Origin: Lama glama
Lineage: Eukaryota
Assembly (NCBI GenBank): GCA_028534125.1
Contig: CM052818.1
Span: 38,132,001 to 38,196,000, forward strand
DNA length: 64,000 nucleotides
Direction: 5' to 3'
Position numbers and translations under genes: made by a program. Shown piece after piece: positions 11,255-24,167 of the stretch. A model generated the notes under the pieces. That model was given only the letters and a program-made list of their open reading frames with translations, did not search any database and had not been told where the DNA came from. Numbering within the stretch: position 1 is the stretch's first letter; every line of letters begins with the position of its first letter.

Positions 11255-13075
11255 GACATTTTTGTTAATGTTGGCATACTGAGCAAACACTCTTATCTCT
11301 GCCACCTCTCTAAAAGCCTAACTAAAACAGCAGCAAGAGGACTGTTTGCATCCCAAATACAAAAGAAATGGGAGAAAAAGATGGAAATACCAAATGCTGC
11401 CAGCCAAAAAGCAGAATGAGTGAATCGAACTTATCAGATGTAGGCATACTGAACACTCAACTGGGAGTAGAGAAAACAGAGGCAAAACCCACTTACACCC
11501 CAGAACAACATCTCCCATAAGCTTAAGAATGGCCAATATCAGCTATCCAGAGTGGTGAAAATGAAGGTGGGACAAAGAAGAAAAATATTAGGTAGAAGAT
11601 TGTTTAAGAAGGTAGATTAGAGATCGCCTTCTCCTCTTGGATCAGCTGGTCAACTTTCCACCCACACCACGCTGGTAGATTGGAGGTGGAAGTGTCAGCC
11701 CTGGAGAGGGTAAAAGACTAAACACGGTTGAGAGCAGAAATGTGATACAGTACTCTTCTCCCACAAGACTCTGAGATAGCAGTCCAGGCAGAAAGTCTGC
11801 AGTCCAAGAGAAAAAACATGAAGCTCCCAGTGAAAAATCTAACCAGTTCCACTGATCATAAACCCCCCAACATACACACTTGGTCAGCATCTAACCAGGC
11901 TTTCTGTGCCATCCTCTTAAATGAGCAGCGAGTAAAAATTATCACAAGAAATTCAGGGAGAATGCCATGCAGAAGACAAAGAGCAAAACAAAGAGTAAAA
12001 GTATCTTGGAGGAAACAAGGAATCAACTGGGAGAGGAAAATCTTAAAAAATAACTACTCTAAAGATACCTCTAGTAAAATAAAAGAAAATATTATACCCC
12101 CCAGACAGCAATAGAGTGTTAATACCAAGAAGAGAACCAGAGGACAAGGAATATCTGGGAATAAATACAAGAAGGCAAAAAATTTAAAGCTGAATAAATG
12201 GATTGGACCATACAGTCGTGCATAGTCATAATTATCTCTCAGAAAATGGAAAAGAATCAATAGACACACTTTGAGACATGCAATGTCACAGAAGATTTGC
12301 CTTCAGGAAAATGCTCGAAGAGGTATTACACCAAAATAAAGAAGCAAACCAGGAAATGAAAAGACATGAGATGCAGGAATCAAGGCAGATAAAGGAAATC
12401 CCCAACGTGATAATGGAAGGAGATGCCAGAATACAACTGCATAGCAGTCCTAGAGACAAGTCAGTTCAGACTGGAGCAAGCCAGAAGGGACCAAAAAAAA
12501 AAAATTTCTTCAAGAAGATGAAAATGACTGAGTATGTGATGTTTTTAACATATTGAGATTTATACAAAATAGATAAGAATTTAGGGGTGAATTAGTGGTA
12601 AGACAATGGAACACTGAACATACAAAAGATAAGACTATTTTTAATTCCTGGGAAATGAAGACGTTTTGCAAGATGGAAAAGTAGTCATGATATAATGCAT
12701 GGCTTAATTGTGAATAACTTTGACAGTCATAATGATGCAACATCTTGATGCTGCTCTAAACAAAATTATGTCATAATTATGGTGGTAGAATGGGGGATGA
12801 GAAAACATGTGGAAAGTGAGCAGCAAAAAATCCCCCAAAATCTAGTATTTTCTCTTCCATAGTGAGAAGTCAATAGATAATGCTTTGAATGAAAAAATCA
12901 AGACGTGCTGATGTAAGTGCAGTATTAAGAAACATGAAGGTATATTAAAGGAAAGCAAAATATTGGAAAGTTCCCATTTTCTAGAGGAGCGATTAAATGG
13001 AGCTGGTAAGACAATCTTTTTTTTTTTTTTTCGTAATTTGTCTTGTAGAATGTGCATCTTTAAATTATGTGCTAT
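11255..13075 (+). mobile_element. HAL1 (half-L1) element, internally deleted
   Basis: 5' end (ggcatactgagcaaacactcttatctctg...) and 3' part (gacatgcaatgtcacagaag...gaagacatgagatgcagg...ttccatagtgagaagtcaatagataatg...gaaaaaatcaag) match HAL1. Confidence 0.85.
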
Positions 13076-13827
13076 GGGGTGGGGGGAGAAAAAGCATTTC
13101 ATGTCTATAACGTTCAGACTCATAGTTACACGTTCTCTTTTTAGAAGCCTGAAGCTAGCCTCAGGGACAGAAGGACCTTGTTAGAAGATGCCAGTGAAGA
13201 TAACGTCTTCTTATTGAGCTATTTTGAGGACACAAAGCCTGCGGGGAAGACCAAAAGTAGCCAGAGGAAGTAGCAGAATTAAGAAGGAATGCTTAAATCT
13301 CACTCCTTATTTTTGCAGAATGAAAAACGTTCTCATTTTCTCCTCCCCATGAGAGAAAGGCACGGGAACACTTTCTGCTTTCTTCTGTGACCTCTGAAAT
13401 CGTCAGGAGAAGTCACTGAGTGCATCAGGCTCAGTTACTGCCGGGGAAGCTGCTTCTTTCTGCAGGGATGGCCTTCAGGACATAGGTGTCCTCTGTTGGT
13501 CCAGGGGGATGCATTCTGGGCAGTGTCTGTCCCTGACTCTGCAGATGGACGGAGGCTAGCAGTTTGGGGGGTATGCTTAATTCCAGAGAAGGGATATATT
13601 ATATGGGGTAGTTATTGAACAAAATTAATACATATTCTCCAATTTACATTTATCAGTAATAAAATTGATGTTTTAACTCCATGTGTATCATTCCTATATC
13701 TTATTTCTCAACTGGCTTCAAACTCAGCAGAAAAATACATAGTGCATTTTACTGAATCACCCTCAAAACCTAATAGTCATTATCACCTTCTTGAATATTG
13801 AGAGCTGCTTGACAAGTAGTAACACAG

Positions 13828-13960
13828 CATCATGGATGCTGTGAGACGCTGCCCAGGGCTCCTTTCAGAAGTGAAGACTTAGTCCATAGCTCCTGGGAGT
13901 GCTGCTAACAGCCTTCTTAATGAATTGCCTCACTAAGGAGAGTTGCCTTGGCCAAAGTCA
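13828..13960 (+). mobile_element. LTR16A-like (ERVL) LTR 5' fragment
   Basis: ggatgctgtgagacgctgcccagggctcctttcag...gggagtgctgct...gaattgcc...gttgccttggccaaagtca; truncated by the following L1. Confidence 0.75.
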
Positions 13961-13963
13961 AAG

Positions 13964-14672
13964 AAATAATGAAATGTCACTTCATACTTGTTTGAATGAC
14001 TATTATCAAAAAGAACAAATAACAAGTGTTGGTGAAGATGTGGGGAGAAAAGGGAACCCCTATGGACTGTTGGTGTGAATATAAATTGGTATAGCCAATA
14101 CAGAGAATGGTATGGTAGTTTGTCAAAAAATTAAAAGTAGAACTACCATATGATCCAGCAATTCCACCTCTAGATATTTATCTGAAGAAAACAAAAGCGC
14201 TAGTTTGAAAAGATATATGCATCCATTCTTTGTTGCAGCATGATTTACAACAGCCAAGATATGGAAGCAACATGAGTGTCCATCCATAGATGATTAGATA
14301 CAGAGGATGTGATATATCTATATATCTGTATCTGTCTGTCTATCTATCTATTTAGATAGACAAATAGAATGGAATATTACTCAGCCACAAAAAAGAATGA
14401 CATCTTGCCATTTGTGAGTGTGAATGGACTTAGAGGGTAGTACGCTAAATGAAATGTCAGATAGAATAAGATAAATACCATATGAATTCACTTATATATA
14501 GAATCTAATAAACAATACAATGAAGAAACATAACAAAGTAGAAACAGGCTCATAGGTACAGGGAACAAACTGGTGGTTGCCATATGGAAGGGGATGGGGA
14601 GATTGGTGAAATAGGTGAAGGGAATTAAGAGCTACAAAGTTCCAGGTATAAAAGAAGCAAGTAATGGGCATG

Positions 14673-14676
<4 letters not shown>
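13964..14676 (+). mobile_element. L1 ORF2 C-terminus and 3' UTR (degenerate)
   Basis: aacaagtgttggtgaagatgtgg...gaactaccatatgatccagcaattccac...atggaatattactcagcc. Confidence 0.95.
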
Positions 14677-14679
<3 letters not shown>

Positions 14680-14728
<49 letters not shown>

Positions 14729-14810
14729 GTGCTTTATATATATGTATATGTATATGTGTGTATATATATGTATATGTATATATATATGTATATGTAATAT
14801 GTATATATAT
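14680..14810. repeat. (TA)n/(TATG)n microsatellite
   Basis: Directly visible. Confidence 0.95.
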
Positions 14811-14996
14811 GCTTTAGCTACCCACTATATGACTCCCTTTTTTCCTTCTCAGATTCCAACTTCTTCCTATCTGCTGTTAATACTCTTTATGTTACAGTTG
14901 GGTAAATAGATTCCTGGAAGGGACGTGACCAGTCAGTAGACTCATGAGCCGGCTGGATAAGCATTACCTACTTTTTGAGCCTGTCACTGTGTAGAA

Positions 14997-15309
14997 TAGC
15001 AGTATCCTATAAAAAGATAATGTGAGCTACAGCTAGTATTTTAGATTTTCTAGTAGCCACACTAAAATATGAAAAGAAATAGGTGGACTAATTTTAACAA
15101 TTTATTTGACAGATCTAGGTATCCGAAATACTGCCATTTTAACATGCAAATTATTAGTAATAGTAATATGACATTCATACCCTTTTTTCCTACTAAATCT
15201 TTGAAATCTGGTATGTATTTTACACTTACAGATATGTACATGTGGACCAGCCATATTTCAAGTGCTGAATGGCACATGTGGTTAGTGGCTGCTGTACTGG
15301 AAAGTGCAG
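14997..15309. mobile_element. MER33 (hAT-Charlie) DNA transposon, full length
   Basis: ttttctagtagccacactaaaa...gaaatctggtatgtattttacacttacag...agccatatttcaagtgctgaatggcacatgtggttagtggctg. Confidence 0.9.
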
Positions 15310-16284
15310 GATAGAGTCCAGACTAAGAACATGACCAAGCATTTTGCTAACACAGATCTGCCGATGACAGGAGATCCCCTGCCTGTGCTAAACACACGGG
15401 TAATGCAAACTTCCCAGTAACTACACAATGTTGACTTCTCTGTCCCAGCAGCCAAGCCTAAGTTCATCATTGTCCCAAACCGACCTTGGCTCTCTAGCTT
15501 CATTAAAGTTCTTCATGAACCCAGTACCGTAACCTGCAGCCTAAAATAACCTAGTTCAATACACAGTCGCCAAAGAGAAAATAACAAACCAGTCAGCCAT
15601 ACAGAACAGGGCCAGACATCCCATTTCAATCTTGAGTTTAGCCTCTTAGAAGTTCTGACTCAGAAGTTGCCAGAATCCTATTTACTGCCTTAGAAGAGCA
15701 ATTGAGGTGGTGCTTCCTTCCCCAGAACCCACTGTGATTATTTAACCTCCCATGCCACTTCTCAAACAACTGCCAAAGCCTACAAGGAGAACTCAGATGG
15801 CCTCCAGGCTTCAGAATTTCATGCAGGGAGAGCAGCGAACGTTCCTCCCTGCAATCGTTACTCTGTTTGCAGAAAATGAACAAAACTCCAGAATAAACAA
15901 AGCTCCCAGGCTCCTTCTTTTCACACTTCCTGAGTGTTAACAATTTCACGTGTGTGCATGTGCATTTGAGTATGAGTACATCCGTCTAAATGTATGAGGT
16001 CAAATATATGAGCATGTTTGTCTAATGTGTGTTTTGCCTTGTACGATCTGTCCCTCTCATGGGGCCCAGAGAGGAGCTAAACGTATTCGTCTTGTATGCA
16101 TGTCTTGCAATTGCAGAAGTACTATTTTTACTCTGCCAGGTTTAACATAAACTATAGAAATGTGGATACATAGACTGATGACTTACTTTTCCAGTATTAT
16201 TAGGAAATTACCCACTTCATATAAATGACTTTTCCATATATTTAAGTGAAGTCTGATATGTTCTGTTTCATGGCACGATGTCAT

Positions 16285-16420
16285 GGGGCTTTACAGCAAC
16301 CCTATAAAGTACCCCCACTTCACGAATGGGGAAAGTAAGACCAGGAAGGTGAAACCAATCTGAACGTGGACCTGCCACTTAGGTTCTGTATTAACACAGA
16401 CTTTAACCACCATACTGCTT
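16285..16420 (-). mobile_element. MIR SINE
   Basis: ttacagcaaccctataaagta...cccacttcacgaatggggaaa...ttaaccaccatactg. Confidence 0.65.
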
Positions 16421-17231
16421 TGTCCACATGCTAAAACCCACGCTGGTCCACTGTTTCCAATGATGCCTCCTAAGAAGCTTAGTTTTACTAACAACGCTGT
16501 CTTCTCTGTTCTGAAGGTCGTGTCGTATCTCACCAAAAGGCAAAAGGGCACAGGATTTGTGAGAACTTATTTGCTTCTTAGAAATCTGTTTAACTAATTT
16601 CAACTGCTTTGTGTGGGTGGGGTGGCTGGACAAGCGAGGCATTTCTTTACGACTTATTCAGAGTGAGAAATGGGGCTAAAGCTTAGTGTGCTGATTCTTA
16701 AATCAGAGGTTAATCACCTTCCTCGTGAAGTGAGTTAACTGAAGGCAAATAAGTAGCTCAGTTCAAGTAATTTAGCAAATATTTTCTGGATTATCATTAG
16801 TCTCAAGACATTATGTAAATATCTATCTATCATGACATATACATATATGAGTGTCTCGTCCTTTGAATATGTATATATTCTTTTGAATACAAAGATGACA
16901 AGAATTCTACTGTGGCATTCTTAGCCCTGTCAGAAAGTTCCAGGTGCTTTGCTTAGCCAGACTTTCATATCTCACCACATTCCCCTTATAACCAATAGTA
17001 CAGCTTTGGACCAGGGGTAAAGGCAGTAGTTATAGCTCATGATAGCTATGGAGAATTAGATGTTGTGTTCAAGGAAAACAACCTGAACATATACTTAAAC
17101 AAAACCGTGATTCTGACTTTATTCTTACTATGGATGCTACATGTACCTTGAGTATATATTGTCATAAATAATCAGAGATATCAGAAAAACTAAGGAAGAA
17201 AACTGTTCTTTAGATTTAAAAGGATGTATAT

Positions 17232-17360
17232 ATTTAATCAATCAAAAAGCACTGATGAATCTCTTGCAGTATACAAGGTCTTCTACATCAACTGGTATGA
17301 GGAATTGGGAACATGGTCTTCGTGTATAATGAGGAACTAAAGTTAGAAAAGCAAGAATTG
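17232..17360 (-). mobile_element. L2 3' end
   Basis: ttaatcaatcaaaaagcactgatgaatctct... antisense L2 tail. Confidence 0.5.
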
Positions 17361-17824
17361 AGATACTTATTTCAAGTTTTCTGCAACATCTGTGATAGGA
17401 TCACCATCATCCCCTGGGGTCAGGATCTCCTTACCCTTGATGATGGAGGCACTGCCCAGAGCCCTGGCCAGGAAGCAAAGCTGAAGCGGGAGCCACAGCC
17501 CTGAAGGCCCCCACACTAGCCCACAGGCCTGAGGGGCAGGATACTGTGACCGAAAACAGAGCCCACCTGACTTTACCTTTATGTAAGTGGATCACTGACT
17601 TCTCACTGTCTTTAAAATTTACACATATAAGAAGTTTACCCACCCCCCGCACCCATAATCCATATATACCCACACAGATTTAAACTCTGGTCAGTGATCT
17701 GCTAAAACCACTCTTTTCTCAAGTTCATTCCAAGTGCATTACTTCCTGCACAGTGTGGATTAAGAACAGCCATCATTTATTGTGGGTTAGCTGACTTTTC
17801 TTTTTTTGGTGTCTAATTACACAA

Positions 17825-18269
17825 AATTTGGTCTATTTCCCTTCGCCTTGAATCTTAGCTGGTCCTGTGATTCCTTTGACCAACGAGAAGCAGCAGAAGT
17901 GACACTATAGTTTCCCAGGCCAGGGCTTAAAGAGACCTTCAAATTCCACTTTCTCCTAGTTGGAATTCTGCTCTTGTATCCCAGCCACCACGCTGTGTGG
18001 AGCTGATTCACACAGAGAGGCCACCAGGAGGGGAAGCAAGGAGCTCTGGCCCAGCTGAGCTCTACCTGACAGCCAGCACCAACCGCCAGCCATATGACTG
18101 AGCCATCTTGCACGTTAGCCTCCCGCTTCCAGAAAACCAGCCCCTCCCAATACCACACTGAGCAGAACTGCCCAGCTGAAACCAGTCACACACAGACTTG
18201 TGAGAGATTATACATCGTCATTGTTTGGGGCAGTTAAGATTTGTGAGTGGTGCAATAAATAACTGAAGA
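17825..18269 (+). mobile_element. MLT1 (MaLR; MLT1G/H-like) solo LTR
   Basis: ccttgaatcttagctggtcctgtgattcctttgaccaa...agaagtgacac...gacagccagcaccaaccgccagccatatgactgagccatcttg...gcaataaataactgaa. Confidence 0.9.
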
Positions 18270-19511
18270 ACTCCCCATCTCTACTCAGCTTTTATCCTCC
18301 ATCGAGACCCTTACTATTCTCAGTGTTTTGGAAACACACTCCCAAGCATCTGGCACATAATAAAAGCTCAACGAATATTAGCTGAGTGTATATCTCTGTG
18401 TGTCTGCATACAGTCCACCTTGATGTACATCCCAAGAAAGCTGCTTTAGAAAAGTAACTGGGAATCGCGTGTCTTCAGTGTTTTTGCATCACTCAGGGGA
18501 CATCACAACTCTTCCTTGGCCACCACCACACTGATTTAGAAGAATTTAGAAGGGCAACACGACTGACCACATCTGTACACGTGCCTGCTGCTCACGTCCC
18601 TCCCTGATGTCCCATCAGCTCTCTCCAGGCTCCACGCCAAAAGATGCAGCTGAGCCCACTACGGCTTTCCCATCGTCAGGGCTAGGAAAGAACATTTACT
18701 TTCCTGAAACTAGGTTGTCTCTTTGACCTAAACTCCAAAATCCAAATAGGAAAAGACTCCGATAATGAGGCTGTATTGTCAAAAGATTAGAAAACATTTC
18801 AGAGGCTTGTTCAAGGTACAGATCATTCCAACGATAATCAGAGATTAAGATACTTCATTCATGCGATTTTTTTTCTTTTCTATTTTTATAGGCCTTAGGT
18901 CTTTCCTATACATGTTAAAACCACAGGCACCTTCTTTTTGATTTCCCAAAATACTGACCACCTAGGGGGTCTTTTAATGATCTGCTTAAACAATGTATCT
19001 CACATTTGGAAAGTTCCTTATAATTTTGAAAGTACTTTTAAAATAGCACCTCCTTTGTTTCCATTTCTCTATGAATACAATCTTGCTTTGGGTCTTTTAA
19101 GGTTTGCCTTCTGAGGAGGGTGACTGTGCAAGGACTATTGATCTAGCAGTAGACGTCTGCCTGCTCCTCTCAGATGTTTCTCAGCCCATTGTCTTTTTCC
19201 AGACATTTGTGCAGGCAGGAAATATACAGATGTATTTGATTCCGGGATTTGTAGTAGCTAATCACTCTCTAACAATTATTTTGAAAAAGCAGTGGCACCA
19301 CGGATGCTTTACAATTATGGAAATCCACAAGAGGGGAAGTTACTGCCTTCATTTTCTTCAGCTGTGGAAGCACAAGGGGTTGGAGTGGAGCTGAGTGTCA
19401 GGTGAGCGACCTGATTACAACAGCATTAAACAACTCCACAGGCTCTTGTTTCATCTGAGATACAGGAAGTGCAAACTCCCCCTGTGGTGTCTCTTCCATG
19501 TTTGAGAAATA

Positions 19512-19670
19512 CTGTAGGCCCTTTGTGTCCACGGGTTCCACCTCCACTGCGCATGCAGAACCCGCAGATACGGAGGGTTGATTGCACCTTATAGCACTTG
19601 AGCATCGGCCGATTTGGGTATCCATGGGGGCTCCTGGAACCAATCCCCTATGGGTACCAAGCGATGACTG
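19512..19670. mobile_element. TcMar-Tigger MITE (MER2/Tigger3-like)
   Basis: TA flanks at 19510-11 and 19671-72; cttgagcatc...ggtatccatgggggctcctggaaccaatcccc...gatgactg matches a MER2-type terminus. Confidence 0.85.
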
Positions 19671-19934
19671 TACTACCATCATTATGGAGTTAAATCCCTC
19701 GGAACCTAGGTGCCTCATTTAACTGCACAACGGCATTTTCCTCACTCCTTGCCCCCAACATCACTCTCCTATAAGCCCTTCCATGCTCTGTTTCTGGCCA
19801 CTCACTTTTCTTTTTTTTTTTAACCATAAAATACCACTTTCCACCTTCACCCTCAAGAAGACAACTACAGTGAGTAAAAACAGAGGAAAGAATGAAAGAA
19901 TAAATCACAGAGCAAAGCTCTGGAGAAAAACTAC

Positions 19935-20130
19935 ATTGCGTCACAGTGCATTCTTTCCAGGTTAAAGCCCTGACTTCATACACCAACTCCGACACTTGGT
20001 ACATTGTTTAAACCACCTCATTTCTCAGCTTCTGCATCCACACACTGGAATAGTAATAGTCTTTAATGCATAGAGTTGTTGGGCCATAACACGTATAACG
20101 TGTTGAGCACAAAATGTTCAACAAATTTTT
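19935..20130 (+). mobile_element. MIR SINE
   Basis: ccaggttaaagccctgacttc...tctcagcttctgcatc...atagtaatagt...catagagttgttg. Confidence 0.65.
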
Positions 20131-20149
20131 ATAATCCATCTAACGTTCC

Positions 20150-20460
20150 ACAGATACTGCTTAGCCACTGGCATGGGCTGACTGTGGGTTGGGCATTGAC
20201 CAGGGAAGCACGGCACACACACTGGAGGTATTAAGTAGCAGGGAAGTAACAGGAACCCCAGGGAAGGGCACAGTGAGTGGGAATGTGTGTGGTCAGAGCA
20301 GGCTTCTTACAGTAGGCAGCAGACTTTGAAGAAAGGGCCGAGTTTTGCTAAGTGGCAGAGGGAAAGAGAAATAATCAATGAGAGCAGAGTTGCGTGAGCG
20401 CGGCTCTAGACGAAAGGTCACACTTTGAACAAAGATCTGGATGTGTTCAGCGTGTGTAGA
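20150..20460 (-). mobile_element. L2 fragment
   Basis: ggtcagagcaggcttcttacagtagg...gactttgaagaaagggccgagttttgctaagtggcagaggg. Confidence 0.6.
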
Positions 20461-21842
20461 GACAATGCACTGACCAGCCTCATATACTACCCACCCCCCT
20501 CTTGTGCTTCAGTGCATCACTGCACTCTCAACTTCAGTACCCAGACAAGGTACAAGTAAAACCAAGTGGTCAAGGACACAAAGAAGCCAGTGTTTTAAAA
20601 GTAACAGGACACAAAGTAACGGAGTAGGAAAGCATGCAATGAGTCAGCTCCGTTCAAACATGGAGCTGCACAGCAGAGGACACGGTTACCTGAGTGTGGG
20701 CATTGCTACCATCAGGTAGAGGGTCTTGGACATAAATGAGAAGGATTCTCTTGTGATGTGCACAAATAAGCATGAGAACTGTGCATCCTTATCCAGTATA
20801 AGGATCCTTTTCTTGTTCATTCTTGTTTGGATCCTTTTCTTGTTCATTTCCGTTGCCTTTATTGCCCCTAATATACTTGATGATTGCTTTTACATTGAAT
20901 TCCGGGTGGGAGAAATTAGAATGGAATTAAAAATTAGATGAAATCATAGGTTTCACAGCTATGTATTAACAAGGGTTGTTGTATTACAAATAAGCTCTCA
21001 CTGTGTTCAAAGGCCAAGCCAGTCTGAGAACAGAGTGAATGTTATCTTTTCATTCCAAGAAGATTCCAATGGCCAGCATCCCTAATACGTTGCACGCACG
21101 TGTGCCCGCTTCAACTAAAGCCCAGCAAAGATTTAACAACCAAAAGCAAGGCAGTCTTCACCAGAGCATCAAGCACATGATGCAACAGTAATAAATGAAA
21201 CATTTTAAGGCTAGGGAGAAAAGAATACTTTTGACGATGGACAAATCAATTTAAATTTATTTTTAAGTCATTTTGGCTGGATGGTGTTTATCAAGAGACT
21301 ATGGATGAAAGAAGATTGGGTGTTGAAGAAAAGAAAGGGTTCCTTGAAGCCAATGGACTCAAGACACATTTTCCTCAATACTATTTTGGACTTTATTTCC
21401 CCCATAAGCTTTCAAATTTCAATCACTACCCCACTGAGTCTGGGGAGAAATTGATAAAGAAAATAATATAGCAGACAATCACAAGTGAATTGAATTTGAG
21501 CACAATTGAGATGAACTGCAGTGTTTAAAAATAGAATCATTTCGAAAATAGGCTTAAGGGAGAGCATTTTTCTCTTATGTGTTGCTTAAATGTTTGTGAC
21601 CAGAAAAAAGGGAAGGAATTAGAAGGGTGGGCAGATGGGAGAGGGGACAGTTGTACACTGACTTGGCTAAATATTTATTTAATTTCTCTCGGCTTTTTTA
21701 TTTTTCAGACACTTCTTCAAACTACTTGAGCAGCATTAGAAAAGGAAATTGTTAAAATAAAATGATGTTGCCTATAATCACAAGTGAATTGAATTTTTCC
21801 ACATGGGCTGTGGTGCGTAAAAGCCTTTTCTTTCTAAGATTT

Positions 21843-21896
<54 letters not shown>

Positions 21897-21932
21897 CACA
21901 CACACACATACTTATATTTATATTTATATATA
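21843..21932. repeat. (TA)n(CA)n microsatellite
   Basis: Directly visible. Confidence 0.95.
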
Positions 21933-21989
21933 TAAAATCACTGAAGTTTTGAAGAAGGAAAAAAGAGAATCACCAACTCATAAACTCTT

Positions 21990-22346
21990 AGAATAGACTC
22001 TTAGAACTGATAGGGGCCTTAGAAATTATCTTACCAGTTCCCAAATTGGGCTGTACCATCAGGATCCTCAAAAGAACTTAATATTATTTCCTTTTCCTTT
22101 TCCTACTCAAGATCTACTGAATCAGACTCCCTGAGGCTGAGGCTCTAGAATGGGTTGTTTAAAAGCTCTTCAAAAAAAACTTCGAAGAAGCCAGGCTGCT
22201 GTCCCCCGATTCAGTGCATCTCTTATGGTTTATAGTAGAGGAATCCAAGTCTCAGAGCAGAGAATTCACACAGACGTGAAGTGACAAAGCAAACAACTGA
22301 ACCCAGCATTTCTGAATCCTGGTGCCCTGTACTTTCCACTGCTCCA
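21990..22346 (-). mobile_element. MIR/MIR3 interrupted by a MER5-type DNA transposon (~22033-22200)
   Basis: ttagaactgataggggccttagaaattatc (MIR3 tail), then agatctactgaatcagactccctgagg (MER5), then tagaggaatccaagtctcagag...gaacccagcatttctgaatcc (MIR). Confidence 0.7.
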
Positions 22347-22811
22347 AAAAGAGAGGACTGAACATCAATAACTGTCCTTAGAGTAATCTGGATGAGAAGA
22401 AATCTCCCTAGGAAAGTGTGGACGTCCTCAGCTGACATGACATAGGATTCCCAGATCATAGAGACAGGACCAGGTGAGAAGTGCTTGGCCATTTTCAAGG
22501 CTGAAAACTGAGGAAATCAGCACCGCTTTAGCTGGAAGTTGTAATGCTGTTTTGGTCTCTTGGAGGATAGGTTCATTGGACAATAATCGTTTTTCTAAAA
22601 TTATTGGACAATAGAATTAACAGACTACAGTCCTGAAACGAGCACAAGCCAAATGATACGAAGATACAGGTGCCAGGCCTTACACAGAAGGCTAATGCAA
22701 GGCTCATGTCAGGAAAACCCTACTGCTGTAAAATATCTAGAGAACAAACCAAATCAACATTTCCTGAAGCAGCTCTTTCTAATTTAGGAAGCTGCTCGTG
22801 CCAATAACAGA

Positions 22812-23830
22812 TTCTTATAATTTGGAGGGACCTTACGATTCATTTGTCCAAACTTTCACGACGTCAGGAATCTAGTCCACAACACCCCTGTCGGGCGGTG
22901 GGAGAGACGCTGCTAGGACATGGTCAGTGATGTAAAAATCGCTCCTTTTTTGTTTAATGGTAACCTATTCGGCCGTCTCATCTTTTATTGCTAGAAAAAA
23001 AGTTCCACCTATTAATAAAAAGTTTTCTTCTCTGTGATTTCCAAACTTTTCTGTTCCTTCTGGAGGGCTCTATTTTTTTTTTCTTAACAAATCTGTTTCT
23101 TGTGCCAAATAGCAACTCCTAAAATATTTGCAGAAAGCTATCAAGTGACCCCCTTCTCTGCCCCTCCTCAAACAAACAGAATCACATCTGCTGATCTGTC
23201 GTGTTCTACAGCGGGCTGCCTGTGGTTTCTATTGCTAGTGTATGGTTCACCGTATCACAGCTGAGCGCGTGGGACTGCCCTCACCCACTAGACTGTGATC
23301 TCCTTGAGAATGGACACTGCGATGTATTTGTGCATCCCTGTCTATTCTCCAACAGAATGTGTGACACAGAACAGGTATTTAAATGTCTTTGGTAATTAAA
23401 ACACACCTCATCCTGCCATCAAGTCACCTCTTCTTTGGGATAAATACCCTACATTTCTTGAACCTCAAGATTTCTTGAGACGAGCATTGTTCTGTTCATC
23501 ATTATACCCTAATACTCATCACCGAATGCTCAGTTAATACTGTTGCATTAATTTGGCAGTGTGTTCCAGGACCTTCAGAAATCGTACTGTTGTCCTCTGG
23601 ATGCAATGTACTTTAAAGGCGCTTTAAAAAAAATCAGTGCCACCCTAAATGGGGTCTTGGTACACAGTGAGATTACTGCTTGCCCTGAGCTGTTATGTAG
23701 CTCAGACTTACATCTGGTTTTCCAAATAGCCTTCTTATGCTTTTGGTTCAGGTTGACCTTAAAGTTACTGAAATCTGAAAGTCCTTTCTTGCGAATATTA
23801 ACAGTGATATTTGCCCAGTCTTGAATAACA
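22812..23830 (-). mobile_element. L3/CR1 LINE interrupted by an L2 3' end (~23230-23400, +)
   Basis: ttggagggaccttacgattcatttgtccaa...aaatatttgcagaaagctatcaagtgacccc; L2 tail actagactgtgatctccttgagaatgg; L3 resumes at tcttctttgggataaataccc. Confidence 0.75.
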
Positions 23831-24063
23831 GTTATTAATTTTACCTAAAATATAAGGTACATCTGAAGGTATATATAAGGTAACATAAGGCTATATTAAG
23901 ACCTAACCATCTGACACGGCATAGTGGTTGGCTACTCAAGTTCAAATCCTGGCTCCACCACTTACTAGCTATGTGACCTTGGATGCATCACTTTTCTGAA
24001 CATCGGTTTCCTTACCTATTAATTGGGCATTGTTGTAATACTTACTTTGTAGCTTTCTTTTTA

Positions 24064-24165
24064 ATTTGCAAAATATATATTTGACAAGGGCTTTTGCACA
24101 GAATATATTTTTTAAAAATTCTTATAACCCAATAATGAAAGTCAACTGAATACAATAAGTGAAAT
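24064..24165 (+). mobile_element. L1 ORF2 fragment
   Basis: atttgcaaaatatatatttgacaagggc...cagaatatat...cttataacccaataat matches L1 ORF2 in sense orientation. Confidence 0.7.
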
Positions 24166-24167
24166 AC

